DNA of 64,000 bases, from contig CBDBFU010000031.1 in NCBI GenBank assembly GCA_965205025.1, positions 32,001 through 96,000 on the forward strand, read 5' to 3'. Under the pieces are notes generated by a model. The model made no database searches and was not told where the DNA came from. It worked only from the letters and a program-made list of their open reading frames with translations. How positions within the stretch are numbered: position 1 is the stretch's first letter; each line of letters begins with the position of its first letter. The position numbers and the translations under genes were made by a program. This DNA is from Candidatus Poribacteria bacterium. GTDB lineage: Bacteria > Poribacteria > WGA-4E > WGA-3G. Of the stretch, positions 1 through 9,531 are shown piece after piece.

Positions 1-538
1 TAATCTAAAGGCACACAATATTGATCAATTTCTGGCTATTGAAAAATCTTTAAATAAGATGGTTCCCTGTATAACTGGTATTGACATTCATCTAAACGAT
101 AAAGGTGAAGTTGAATTAGATTTATTTGAAGATAAAAAGCGATTTTCTTCAAGAGTAATTTCAGAAGGTACATTAAGGATATTAGGTCTGTTAGCCTTGT
201 TAGGATCTAAAAATCCACCAACTATGATAGGATTTGAGGAACCTGAAAATGGTATACATCCTCGCAGGATTCGACGAATCGCACGAATTTTGGAAACTCG
301 GATGATTCTTAAAGATATTCAATTCATTGTTACAACACATTCCTCGTTATTACCTGATCTGATTCCATCTGAATCACTATACATTTGTCGTAAGGTAGCT
401 GGGAACACCGAAATCGAACCATATAAGTTTATGTATTTAGGTCCACATTGGAAGACAACAGAAATTGAGCTGGCATTAAATGACGAAGAAGCGATGTCTC
501 CATCTGATCGTATTCTGAGAGGGGATTTTGATGATTAA
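1..538 (+). CDS. AAA/ABC-type ATPase (AAA_21-like), 5'-truncated by window edge
   Basis: Frame open from position 2; signature ISEGTLR, Walker B/D-loop IGFEEPENGIHP, H-loop VTTHS. Confidence 0.85.
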   Translation, partial: NLKAHNIDQFLAIEKSLNKMVPCITGIDIHLNDKGEVELDLFEDKKRFSSRVISEGTLRILGLLALLGSKNPPTMIGFEEPENGIHPRRIRRIARILETRMILKDIQFIVTTHSSLLPDLIPSESLYICRKVAGNTEIEPYKFMYLGPHWKTTEIELALNDEEAMSPSDRILRGDFDD

Positions 539-1115
539 AATCAACATTTTTGTTGAAGATGTTGTACATGAGGAATTCCTAACTGCATTAATTCAACGAC
601 CTGCTGATGAATATGACCTTACATATAAATTAAACACTTCAAGTGTTCGGGGAGGACGTGGAAAGGTCCTCTCTGAATTAAGACAATATATACAAGATTT
701 ACAAGATAATTTTGTGGAATCACCAGATTTAATTATCGTTGCAACTGATAGTAATTGTAAAGGAATTGTAGAAAGAGAAAGGGAAATCAACCAATATACA
801 TCCATATTTTCTAATATCGTGATTAATATGATTCCTGAACCACATATCGAAAGGTGGTTATTACTTGATTCAGAAGCATTTAAAAAAGTATATGGAAGGG
901 GTTGTGCAAAACCTGACAATAAATGTGAAAAAGGAAGATATAAACACCAACTATTAAATGCAATCTATAACGCAACAAGGACTTCACCTATAGACGGTAC
1001 TGAACGTATAGATGAGCTGATTAATGCAATGGATCTACAACGTTTAATACAAAGTGATAGATCTATACGAAGGTTTATTACTCAACTACAGCAGCGATTT
1101 AACATTCACAATTAG
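531..1115 (+). CDS. DUF4276-like / TOPRIM-like protein coupled to the AAA ATPase
   Basis: Overlaps the ATPase stop; N-terminal IFVED, LIIVATDSNC and IERWLLLD motifs typical of these ATPase partners. Confidence 0.65.
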   Translation: MIKINIFVEDVVHEEFLTALIQRPADEYDLTYKLNTSSVRGGRGKVLSELRQYIQDLQDNFVESPDLIIVATDSNCKGIVEREREINQYTSIFSNIVINMIPEPHIERWLLLDSEAFKKVYGRGCAKPDNKCEKGRYKHQLLNAIYNATRTSPIDGTERIDELINAMDLQRLIQSDRSIRRFITQLQQRFNIHN

Positions 1116-1242
1116 TCAGATAGTTAAGTCCTCAATCAAGATTCTACTAACGTATTCCATACCTATTAAAATTGAAATGGTGTTTTCGTGATTGTCACTT
1201 TTAAATCCACAATTTAAATATTGTTAATACAAAGGAGAAGAC

Positions 1243-2106
1243 ATGCGTCCCTTACAAATTGATAAAACAGCGAGTCATACCATTCTAAGTTTAACATGTA
1301 TACTAATTTTTGTGATTGGAATAGTAACCAAGGTTGATTCAAAAACAGTTGCAATAGAGGATGGTTTAATTAGTTATTGGAGTTTTGATAAAGACACTGT
1401 AAATGGAAATACCATAGAAGATTTATGGGGTGACCAAGATGCTGAAATGGTAGGGAACTTACAAGTCGTCAAAGGTAAATTTGGTGAGGGTATACAATTA
1501 CCTGGTGGTGCAGGTGCACGTTTAAAAATTACTGATGATATCAATAATGCCATACTACCTAAAAAGGAAATAACCTTAGAATTATGGGTATGGGATGAGC
1601 AGTTTATAGAATGGGGTGGTTATATCGTAGCTTGTCAAGACAATGGTGCATTCGAAAAAGGGTGGCTAATTGGCACTCGTTGGAGATCATTCAGTTTCGC
1701 ACTATCTTCAGATGGAGCTGATGATGGTGATGGATTATTAACCTACCTTAGTACTGCAAATTCATACGATGTCAACCAATGGTACCATGTAGTTGGAACT
1801 TATGATGGTAAAGAAATGAAAATCTATGTTGATGGAAAACTGGAGAATTCTACAGATGTTCAATCAGGGGACATTAACTATCCTGATCGCATCTTCTTTA
1901 CTATTGGTGCATACAAAGATGATAACGAGGATTTTTCACACAAAGGTATCATTGATGAAGTCCGAATTTATGAGCGCGCACTCAGTGAAAAAGAGATTGA
2001 TAATAATCTTAAAGCCGAAGGATTAGCAGTAGAATCAACCGGAAAACTTAGTCTTACATGGGGTAATATCAAGAAAGATTCAATTAAATTCAGAAGAAAT
2101 CAATGA
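1243..2106 (+). CDS. Secreted LamG-like jellyroll (concanavalin A-like) domain protein
   Basis: AGGAG RBS, signal peptide, GLISYWSFD, WYHVVGTYDG, IYVDGKL, GIIDEVRIYERALS; C-terminal AVESTGKLSLTWGNIK. Confidence 0.85.
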   Translation: MRPLQIDKTASHTILSLTCILIFVIGIVTKVDSKTVAIEDGLISYWSFDKDTVNGNTIEDLWGDQDAEMVGNLQVVKGKFGEGIQLPGGAGARLKITDDINNAILPKKEITLELWVWDEQFIEWGGYIVACQDNGAFEKGWLIGTRWRSFSFALSSDGADDGDGLLTYLSTANSYDVNQWYHVVGTYDGKEMKIYVDGKLENSTDVQSGDINYPDRIFFTIGAYKDDNEDFSHKGIIDEVRIYERALSEKEIDNNLKAEGLAVESTGKLSLTWGNIKKDSIKFRRNQ

Positions 2107-2122
2107 TGAATTCCTTTCTTCC

Positions 2123-3736
2123 TTATAATCCTGCTGCATGTCGATTTGCATCGGGATCACCAGCAGCATAATATATACCACTCTCTTTATCAACATACAA
2201 CATCACAGGTACCGCTATCGGGTGTGATTTTTTATCAACCCTATGTCCACGATTAATAAGACCATCTATCACATCCTGACAAACGGTAGAATTTATACTT
2301 AATGAACCTGCTTTCTTAAATGTCCTCTCCCGTATTGGATTGGGATCGAATGAATCTTGGTGATGATCGGTTGCAAAACGTGGTGTTCTCACCGCTTCTT
2401 CAGGTAACATATCAAATTCAACAAAATTTAGCAGAAGATTCATCGATGTCTGGTCTTGTAAATCACCTCCTGCAACACTAATTGCCAATACTGGTTCCCC
2501 ATCTTTTAATACCAGTGTAGGTGTCAGAGTAATACGGGGACGCTTTCCTGGTTCAATACAATTTGGATGATTTGGATTCGTATTTAAGCTACGTAAACGA
2601 TTCCCCCAACTAACTCCAGTTGAACCACCCATATTTTCTTCGACATATACGTTAGCACTTGGAGTAGCTGAAACAACATTACCCCATTTGTCTGCAATAA
2701 CACAGGTTGTTGTTCCTCCATCACCTGGACGGTATACACCATCAACTAATATGGGTTTCATGTTTTCAACATCACCAGGTCTCGCTTCATCCGATGCTCT
2801 TTGTATATCTATCAAAGATTGACGGATTTCAGTATATTCATCTGATAACAGTTTCTCAATTGGAACATCAACGAATTCAGGATCAGCATAATATCTATCT
2901 CTGTCTGCCATAGCTAATTTGAGTGATTCAATCACCACATGGATATAATCATCTGATAGATGTCCCATTCCTTTCAAATTAAAATCTTCAAGTAAACGCA
3001 ACGCCTGACAAAGATAGGGACCTTGTGTCCAAGGACCACATTTACAAACTGTATACCCACGATAATCAATAGTCACTGGGTCTTCAACCATTGTCACATG
3101 TGCAGCAAGATCATCTTTTCTTAAAAAACCACCTTTCTCAATATAGTAGGATTCTAATTCTTCAGAAATATCTGGATTCACACCATTTCGACCATAGAAT
3201 CGATCACTTGCGGCTTGAATTTTCTCTTCACGAGTGCCGTTTGTGTTTCGTTCTTCATCAACAAGCCGTCTTAAGGTATTAGCTAATTTTGGATGCCAAT
3301 CAGCATTACCATCATCAAGTAATCGCAGTGTAGGGGTAACAATATCCTCAAAACTCATTGTCCCATAGAGTTTAAGGGTAGTCGTACATAAGTCAACAAC
3401 AGACGGTACTGGTGCCATCTTAATATCACCGTTTGGTATACCGTTTTCCATATACCAGTCAATGGCTTCTTGTGATAAAGGTGCTCTTCCCAGACCAGAC
3501 AGAGATTTCACTTCGCTTTTTTTACTATCATAAATTAGAAGTGGCACTTCACCACCAATAGAACAAGCAACATGATCAGTAATATTTAAAGCAAGAATTG
3601 TGCCTGCAGCAGCATCAGCTGCATTACCTCCTGCTTCTAAGATTTCTACTCCCGCTGCCACCGCCTTTGCTCCACCAGCAGCAACAACACCTTCTTTACT
3701 TTCTGCCTTCCATCCTATATTATTAACATCATGCAT
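2123..3736 (-). CDS. ggt: Gamma-glutamyltransferase family protein
   Basis: GGNAADAA, LAMADRDRYYADP, nucleophile GTTTCVIADKWGN, PGKRPRITLTP. Confidence 0.9.
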   Translation of the reverse strand: MHDVNNIGWKAESKEGVVAAGGAKAVAAGVEILEAGGNAADAAAGTILALNITDHVACSIGGEVPLLIYDSKKSEVKSLSGLGRAPLSQEAIDWYMENGIPNGDIKMAPVPSVVDLCTTTLKLYGTMSFEDIVTPTLRLLDDGNADWHPKLANTLRRLVDEERNTNGTREEKIQAASDRFYGRNGVNPDISEELESYYIEKGGFLRKDDLAAHVTMVEDPVTIDYRGYTVCKCGPWTQGPYLCQALRLLEDFNLKGMGHLSDDYIHVVIESLKLAMADRDRYYADPEFVDVPIEKLLSDEYTEIRQSLIDIQRASDEARPGDVENMKPILVDGVYRPGDGGTTTCVIADKWGNVVSATPSANVYVEENMGGSTGVSWGNRLRSLNTNPNHPNCIEPGKRPRITLTPTLVLKDGEPVLAISVAGGDLQDQTSMNLLLNFVEFDMLPEEAVRTPRFATDHHQDSFDPNPIRERTFKKAGSLSINSTVCQDVIDGLINRGHRVDKKSHPIAVPVMLYVDKESGIYYAAGDPDANRHAAGL

Positions 3737-3934
3737 ATTACTTCCTCTATGTCTATACTCATATCATAATAATTTAGAATAGAGCATACCATGAACATAT
3801 AACCTTATCAATATCAAATACTTGAATCATTGTACAGTTAATTCGATCAATTTAACAGATTTAATCCAATTAACATATCAGAATGTAAATCATTTGTATA
3901 ATTAAATCAACCACAAACTAAATTCTATAACAAT

Positions 3935-4729
3935 ATGAAACAATCAAAACCACGTCAATTTTGGCACGATTATGCTTCAAGATTCAAGAATCGAAGCTTA
4001 GCAGAAAATTACAAATTTCGACCACCATATCCAGATGAAATCTATGAAACAATACTTGTTTTATTAGAGAATGGAGACAAGAGAATTCTTGATGTAGGAT
4101 GCGGTACAGGGAAAATAGCAAGAAATATTGTTGAATTTGTTGAGAAAGTTGATGCAGTTGATTTCTCTGAAGAGATGATAAGAGAAGGTAAATCCCTTAT
4201 GAATGGTGATCATTCAAATCTACAGTGGATTCACGGTGATATTGAAAATGTAAAACTGTTTCCACCCTATAATTTGGTGACTGCAGGTGCAAGTATACAT
4301 TGGATGGATTGGGATATTGTATTTAAAAGATTCAATGAAGTTCTGACATCAGACGGGTTATTAGTGATTATAGACGGAGACCGTCCAACACAATCACCTT
4401 GGTATACGGATGAAAATTCTTTGATTCGTGTATTTTCAACAAACCAACATTATGAAAAGATTGATTTAATTCAGGAACTCATTGATAGAAAACTCTTACA
4501 TCTAATTGGTGATAAAATAACAAAACCCATTTGTTATTCTCAAGCTTTACAAGATTATATTCATTCTTTTCATTCAAGGGCAAGTCTTGGCAAAGAAGAT
4601 ATGGGTGAGAAAAATGTAATTGAATTTGATACAAAACTTGCCGAAATATTATCTCCCTATACTGATGATAATGGTATTCTAACATATAAGGTAGAATCAA
4701 GGATTTCATGGGGAATACCTATAAATTAA
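3935..4729 (+). CDS. Class I SAM-dependent methyltransferase
   Basis: RPPYP, ILDVGCGTG, AVDFSEEM, SIHWMD. Confidence 0.9.
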   Translation: MKQSKPRQFWHDYASRFKNRSLAENYKFRPPYPDEIYETILVLLENGDKRILDVGCGTGKIARNIVEFVEKVDAVDFSEEMIREGKSLMNGDHSNLQWIHGDIENVKLFPPYNLVTAGASIHWMDWDIVFKRFNEVLTSDGLLVIIDGDRPTQSPWYTDENSLIRVFSTNQHYEKIDLIQELIDRKLLHLIGDKITKPICYSQALQDYIHSFHSRASLGKEDMGEKNVIEFDTKLAEILSPYTDDNGILTYKVESRISWGIPIN

Positions 4730-4757
4730 GACTCAATCCCAACCTATAGACTCGGCA

Positions 4758-4779
4758 GGATCGGTTTCCTAACCGATCC
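4758..4779. repeat. REP-like hairpin GGATCGGTT-TCCT-AACCGATCC (may also act as a terminator)
   Basis: Perfect 9-bp inverted repeat, with GCAG at its 5' edge, between convergent genes. Confidence 0.6.
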
Positions 4780-4809
4780 GAATACAAGATCTGATTTATC
4801 AAACTCACT

Positions 4810-4897
4810 TTTAATGTAGCACAAACTTCCAGTTTGTGTAGTATTTCAAGACATGAATATCACCTAATAATGGGTGAATCATTTATAGAAATGGTAT
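4810..4897 (+). repeat. 88-bp dispersed repeat (second copy 34356-34443) containing the GTAG-CACAAACT-TCC-AGTTTGTG hairpin
   Basis: Hand alignment gives 84/88 identical positions. Confidence 0.9.
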
Positions 4898-4910
4898 TAC
4901 TATTTTACTA

Positions 4911-6482
4911 TTAAGGAATTCGACGATACAGACGATTATAATTCGTGGAATCAATCAGTTCATATTCCTCTTCTAAACCCTTGACATCACCATATTCTGT
5001 TCGCCACACTATTACATAATCTGCAGGGAGATCTTTATTCTTATATCTGAGTGGAAAATGATCAGTATTTGCTTCATAGTTATTTAAATATGCTATTCCC
5101 TTATTAACTATTAGATGACATTCAATATGACCAAACGGTTCAACGTATTTAGGCTCAAAACCTAGTTCATCTGCAGTGCCATTCCATTCCCCTGGTATAC
5201 TCATAAGAATTGTATCTTCATTATCAATTCCATCCAATGATAAAGCCTCTTTAATATCTCGGTTTAACAGAGTATATGTATGAATGTTGAGTCCAAGATG
5301 ACATAATGATAACATTATGATGATACCAACTATGACATGATTGACTTTCTTATGTACTGGTATAGAGAAAAATGGTAGTAATACTAAGAATATATAAAGA
5401 TGAAACCTATCATTTATCCAACCCCCGCTTAACCCAGACCACGGGGTAATAAAATACAATATAGTAATCAACATTGATAATATGAAAAAACCATCAGTCT
5501 CTATAATGTAGTATGTCCAATTGGGTTTATTCTCATCAGATATTTCATTCTTATTGGTAAGTACTATCCTATAAAATATCGTAAGTATAACAACAATAAA
5601 AAATACCAGCAGTAAAACCTGTCCTACAAGAATATGATCATCACGAAATGAAACCAAAGACTTCATTGATAAGAAATAATCTAACAACCATTCAAACCCA
5701 TTATATTCTTTATTGACATGCTTATCAGCAAGGTATAGATAATGGTTGAAAAACATAAAATATGCTGGTAAAAGAATTCCTATAAAGATTAAACATGATT
5801 TTACTCTTGATATAGATTCTTTCAGTCGTGACAAAAGTGTATTTGATTTAGAATTACTTGACGATATATCTATCACTGTTTCATATACAGATATATACAT
5901 CGAAAGAAATGTCATTGAGAAGATTAGCAATAAATATGAATGAAAATGAGTGAGATACGTTATTAACAACAAGGCATATATGATAACAATGTTATAGACA
6001 TTTATTTTTTCCTTGATTCGCCACCAATAACCAAGAGTGAAGAAAAATAGGGACATACTGATAACAAAGTTGTAAAACCCCATATGAAGGAGATAGTTAT
6101 AAGCAAAGATGAAACCAACAATACCAAAATAAGTGTTTGTCTGCTTAAATCCTTTTAGAAAATAGAATAGTGATAAAGGAAGGAGTATTATACAAAGAGT
6201 GAGAACAATTTTTTCACATACAATCGGTGGGAAAACATACATCAATACCAATAGGAGCGCATGTGAAGTCCAGTTAGGGAATAATGTCGGATTCAATTCG
6301 TAAACTTCTCGTAATTGAGAGTTTTCTGGATGATGATATTCTTTCAATACATAAGCATTATAAATGTGACTGGCTCCATCTTGTGTTGGAAAATACCTAA
6401 ATCCCCATACCGGTATCAGATGAAACACAGTTAAAACAATAACGAGAATCACCTCTTTTGACAATATACGTTCTTTCATCAT
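4911..6482 (-). CDS. Polytopic membrane protein, GT-C glycosyltransferase-like
   Basis: About 12 hydrophobic segments; first loop FPTQDGASH, plus PNW, GFYNF and DRF motifs. Confidence 0.55.
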   Translation of the reverse strand: MMKERILSKEVILVIVLTVFHLIPVWGFRYFPTQDGASHIYNAYVLKEYHHPENSQLREVYELNPTLFPNWTSHALLLVLMYVFPPIVCEKIVLTLCIILLPLSLFYFLKGFKQTNTYFGIVGFIFAYNYLLHMGFYNFVISMSLFFFTLGYWWRIKEKINVYNIVIIYALLLITYLTHFHSYLLLIFSMTFLSMYISVYETVIDISSSNSKSNTLLSRLKESISRVKSCLIFIGILLPAYFMFFNHYLYLADKHVNKEYNGFEWLLDYFLSMKSLVSFRDDHILVGQVLLLVFFIVVILTIFYRIVLTNKNEISDENKPNWTYYIIETDGFFILSMLITILYFITPWSGLSGGWINDRFHLYIFLVLLPFFSIPVHKKVNHVIVGIIIMLSLCHLGLNIHTYTLLNRDIKEALSLDGIDNEDTILMSIPGEWNGTADELGFEPKYVEPFGHIECHLIVNKGIAYLNNYEANTDHFPLRYKNKDLPADYVIVWRTEYGDVKGLEEEYELIDSTNYNRLYRRIP

Positions 6483-6600
6483 CTATGTATCCTTACCTTA
6501 AATCATATATTACGATTCTATTCAAACTCTATTTTAATTGAATACATATATTGATACAACCCACATTTTTCTTAAATATCAGATCTCCGATCTTTATTCT

Positions 6601-6665
6601 GTAGCAGGGAACTCCGATTCCCGACTCTTACATCTCTTCTTTAGGAGGGAACTCCGATTCCCGAC
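6601..6665 (+). repeat. Tandem REP-like units (GTAGCAGGGAACTCCGATTCCCGAC / TTAGGAGGGAACTCCGATTCCCGAC)
   Basis: Two near-identical 25-mers with a 40-bp period; related fragments at about 28515, 34203 and 58543. Confidence 0.8.
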
Positions 6666-6756
6666 AGTATTTTGGGATCACGATTCGGGGACCGGTCATA
6701 CAAAAATTAATACCAAACGTGACAAATTATTTACACACCCCTTACAATTTGTACTT

Positions 6757-6785
6757 TTGACTTTCTATTTAATTTCTGTTATTAT
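6757..6785 (+). promoter_or_regulatory. Putative sigma70 promoter for pepE
   Basis: TTGACT-17 bp-TATTAT with extended -10 TG. Confidence 0.55.
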
Positions 6786-6846
6786 CTTCAAATGAAATTT
6801 TGAAAGGTATCATAGAGTCATTGGAGTAATTTATGGGAGATAGCTT

Positions 6847-7602
6847 GTGAACCATAAGAGGAAGATTGTTGCAATCGGTGGTGGAGAATTAAAATTACTG
6901 CAAACCGCTGCAATTGATGAACGTATCATCGAGTTGACTGGAAAAACACATCCCAAGGCACTCTTCATCCCAACCGCAAGCGGAGATGCTGAAGGATATA
7001 TTGAGAATTTCCATCAATGCTATGGACAACACTTCGGTTGTAAAACCAACACATTAAAATTAATTCAAAATCCTCCTCCATTAGAGACTATAACAGAACT
7101 GATATTAGGCACAGACCTTATTTATGTAGGTGGAGGAAATACCTACAGGATGATGAAAATATGGCGACGGTTGGGTTTAGATAAAGTATTAGCAGAAGCA
7201 GCTTCACGCGGTATAGTATTATCTGGATTAAGTGCTGGTGCTATCTGTTGGTTCAAATATGGACATAGCGATTCACGCTCATTTTCCAGTAATTCTGAAT
7301 GGGACTATATCCGTGTTAGTGGATTGGGTTTTATTAATGCTATATACTGTCCACATTATCATGTCGAAAAACGGGAAAACAGTTTTACACAGATGATTGC
7401 AAGAAAAGGTGGAATTGGAATAGCCTGTGACAACAATGCTGCTATTGAGATCATCGGAGATAAATACAGGATTCTGACTTCTAAGTCTACTGCCAAAGCA
7501 TATAAATTTTACAAGCATAAAGGTGGATCTGTCATTTCTGAATTACAACCTCAAACGGAATACACACCGTTATCTAAATTATTAGCACGTAGATCAAACT
7601 AA
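6847..7602 (+). CDS. pepE: Peptidase E (S51 family dipeptidase)
   Basis: FIPTASGD, IYVGGGNT, GLSAGA (catalytic Ser), CPHY. Confidence 0.9.
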   Translation: MNHKRKIVAIGGGELKLLQTAAIDERIIELTGKTHPKALFIPTASGDAEGYIENFHQCYGQHFGCKTNTLKLIQNPPPLETITELILGTDLIYVGGGNTYRMMKIWRRLGLDKVLAEAASRGIVLSGLSAGAICWFKYGHSDSRSFSSNSEWDYIRVSGLGFINAIYCPHYHVEKRENSFTQMIARKGGIGIACDNNAAIEIIGDKYRILTSKSTAKAYKFYKHKGGSVISELQPQTEYTPLSKLLARRSN

Positions 7603-7608
7603 TTTATA

Positions 7609-8181
7609 ATGGATATTCCAAAAATTATAGTAATTGGAGAAAATTCTCAAGCGGGAACTTATGTACTTCGTATTCTGTTACATAAAGACATTGAGTTAAA
7701 ATTTGGTCGATTTAAAAAAGGAAAACTTATTCACTTACCAGAGGGTGTTTATACCTATGTTGGTTCTGCCTTATCAGAGAAAGGGGCGACATCCTTGGCA
7801 CGGCGACTTGTACGACATGCTACCCGGTCAGGTGAAAAACCACCACATAATATAAGAGATGAGATGTTATGTCGGTTTCAAGAAATTGGATTAGGACCAC
7901 AAAACCCATTACCAAAGAATGGAAAGAAATTGTTCTGGAACATTGACCATTTATTAGATTTAGATATAGCCGAAATTATCAACATAATTGCAATAAGATC
8001 TACTGAAAGGTTAGAGAGCAATATAGCTGAATATTTAGAAAATGACCCTGAAACCCAAATTATAGAGAAAAGTTTGGGTGCTAATGACTCACCAAAGAAT
8101 ACACATGTATTATATGTCATTAATGACGAACAATGGTGGGTAACACTTTCAAACAATTTGAAGAAAATATTTATGAAGTAA
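7609..8181 (+). CDS. GIY-YIG nuclease family protein (DUF123-like)
   Basis: GTYVL...GVYTYVGSA, RRLVRH, WNIDHLL, LGANDS. Confidence 0.8.
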   Translation: MDIPKIIVIGENSQAGTYVLRILLHKDIELKFGRFKKGKLIHLPEGVYTYVGSALSEKGATSLARRLVRHATRSGEKPPHNIRDEMLCRFQEIGLGPQNPLPKNGKKLFWNIDHLLDLDIAEIINIIAIRSTERLESNIAEYLENDPETQIIEKSLGANDSPKNTHVLYVINDEQWWVTLSNNLKKIFMK

Positions 8182-8322
8182 CGTCAGTTTGATAATAAAA
8201 AATGTCAGTTCGATAAACAGAATTTTGCCCCTGAAGATAGTCTTTGTAGCACAAACTTTCCAGTTTGTGCACTCTGGTCTTAACTAAAAGTTCGGGTTAC
8301 AATGTATCTTATCAAACTCACG
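8182..8322. mobile_element. 141-bp MITE-like element with 14-bp TIRs and 11-bp target-site duplication
   Basis: CGTCAGTTTGATAA (8182-8195) / TTATCAAACTCACG (8309-8322), 1 mismatch; TTATGAAGTAA at 8171-8181 and 8323-8333; internal GTAG hairpin 8245-8270. Confidence 0.8.
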
Positions 8323-8402
8323 TTATGAAGTAACTATCAGGTAACTATACTCATTCTTGATATATAGAAAATACTATTTGCTATTTGATAAAAGAGAGAT
8401 AT

Positions 8403-9518
8403 ATGTACGACCCACGATTTGATAAACTGGCGAATGTTCTAACGGCACATTCCACAAAAATCCAACCGGATGAGTGTGTACTTATAGAAGGTATCGAAAT
8501 TCCCCAGGAGATGGTGATTGCGCTTATCCGATCAGTTCGGAAAGCAGGTGGAATTCCATTCGTTGAAATCAGACAGACCCGAATACAACGCGAAATTATT
8601 CTTGGTGGAACTGATGAAGGAATTAAACTAATTGGAGATTATGAATGCTATCGGATGAAACAAGTACAGGCTTATATAGGTATACGTGGTAGTCATAACA
8701 TCACTGAAATGTCAGATGTTCCAACTGAAGCAATGCAAAGATATCAGAAGTATTTATCACGTCCTCTCAATGACATAAGAATACCAAATACAAAATGGGT
8801 GGTCTTGCGTTGGCCTCATCCTGCAATGGCACAACAAGCCTCTATGAGTACTGAAGCATTTGAAGACTATTACTTTGATGTATGCACTCTTGACTATAGT
8901 CTCATGGAAAAGGCAATGGAACCATTAACAGAAATGATGGAGAAGACAGATGAAGTACATATAAAGGGAGAAAATACAGATTTACAATTTAGCATCAAGA
9001 ATATACCAGTAATTCCTTGTGCAGGAGAATATAACATTCCTGATGGTGAATGTTTTACATCGCCTGTCCGTGAGTCTGTAAATGGTAAAATCCATTTCAA
9101 TACACCTACTATTTATCAAGGTACGACATTCACGGATGTCTGTCTTCATTTTGAAAACGGTAAAATAGTTGATGCTACAAGTAATCATACTGAAAAACTA
9201 AACAATATACTTGATACCGATGAAGGTGCACGGTATATTGGAGAATTTGCTATTGCATTCAACCCATATATTACGAATCCTCTACTGGATATTCTTTTCG
9301 ATGAAAAAATTGCAGGATCTTTTCATTTTACACCAGGACAAGCCTATGAAGAAGCAGATAATGGGAACAGATCTGCTGTGCATTGGGATATGGTAATGAT
9401 TCAAACACCAGAATTTGGGGGTGGAGAAATATACTTTGATGGAGAACTCATTCGAAAAGATGGTCTATTTATTCACTCAGAACTACAAGGTCTAAATCCT
9501 GACAATCTCGTCAGATAA
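8403..9518 (+). CDS. Aminopeptidase, M29 (AmpS/AmpT) family
   Basis: NIPDGECF, GARYIGEFAI, DEKIAGSFHF, SAVHWDMV. Confidence 0.92.
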   Translation: MYDPRFDKLANVLTAHSTKIQPDECVLIEGIEIPQEMVIALIRSVRKAGGIPFVEIRQTRIQREIILGGTDEGIKLIGDYECYRMKQVQAYIGIRGSHNITEMSDVPTEAMQRYQKYLSRPLNDIRIPNTKWVVLRWPHPAMAQQASMSTEAFEDYYFDVCTLDYSLMEKAMEPLTEMMEKTDEVHIKGENTDLQFSIKNIPVIPCAGEYNIPDGECFTSPVRESVNGKIHFNTPTIYQGTTFTDVCLHFENGKIVDATSNHTEKLNNILDTDEGARYIGEFAIAFNPYITNPLLDILFDEKIAGSFHFTPGQAYEEADNGNRSAVHWDMVMIQTPEFGGGEIYFDGELIRKDGLFIHSELQGLNPDNLVR

Positions 9519-9531
9519 TATTGGAGTACTT

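Noticed and set aside
6601-6665. Mini CRISPR array (also considered for 52765-52837)
   Set aside because: Only two units, short spacers, REP-like palindromes and no cas genes
7609-8181. GIY-YIG gene as a homing endonuclease mobilising the adjacent element
   Set aside because: DUF123-type stand-alone family; the TSD places the gene outside the element
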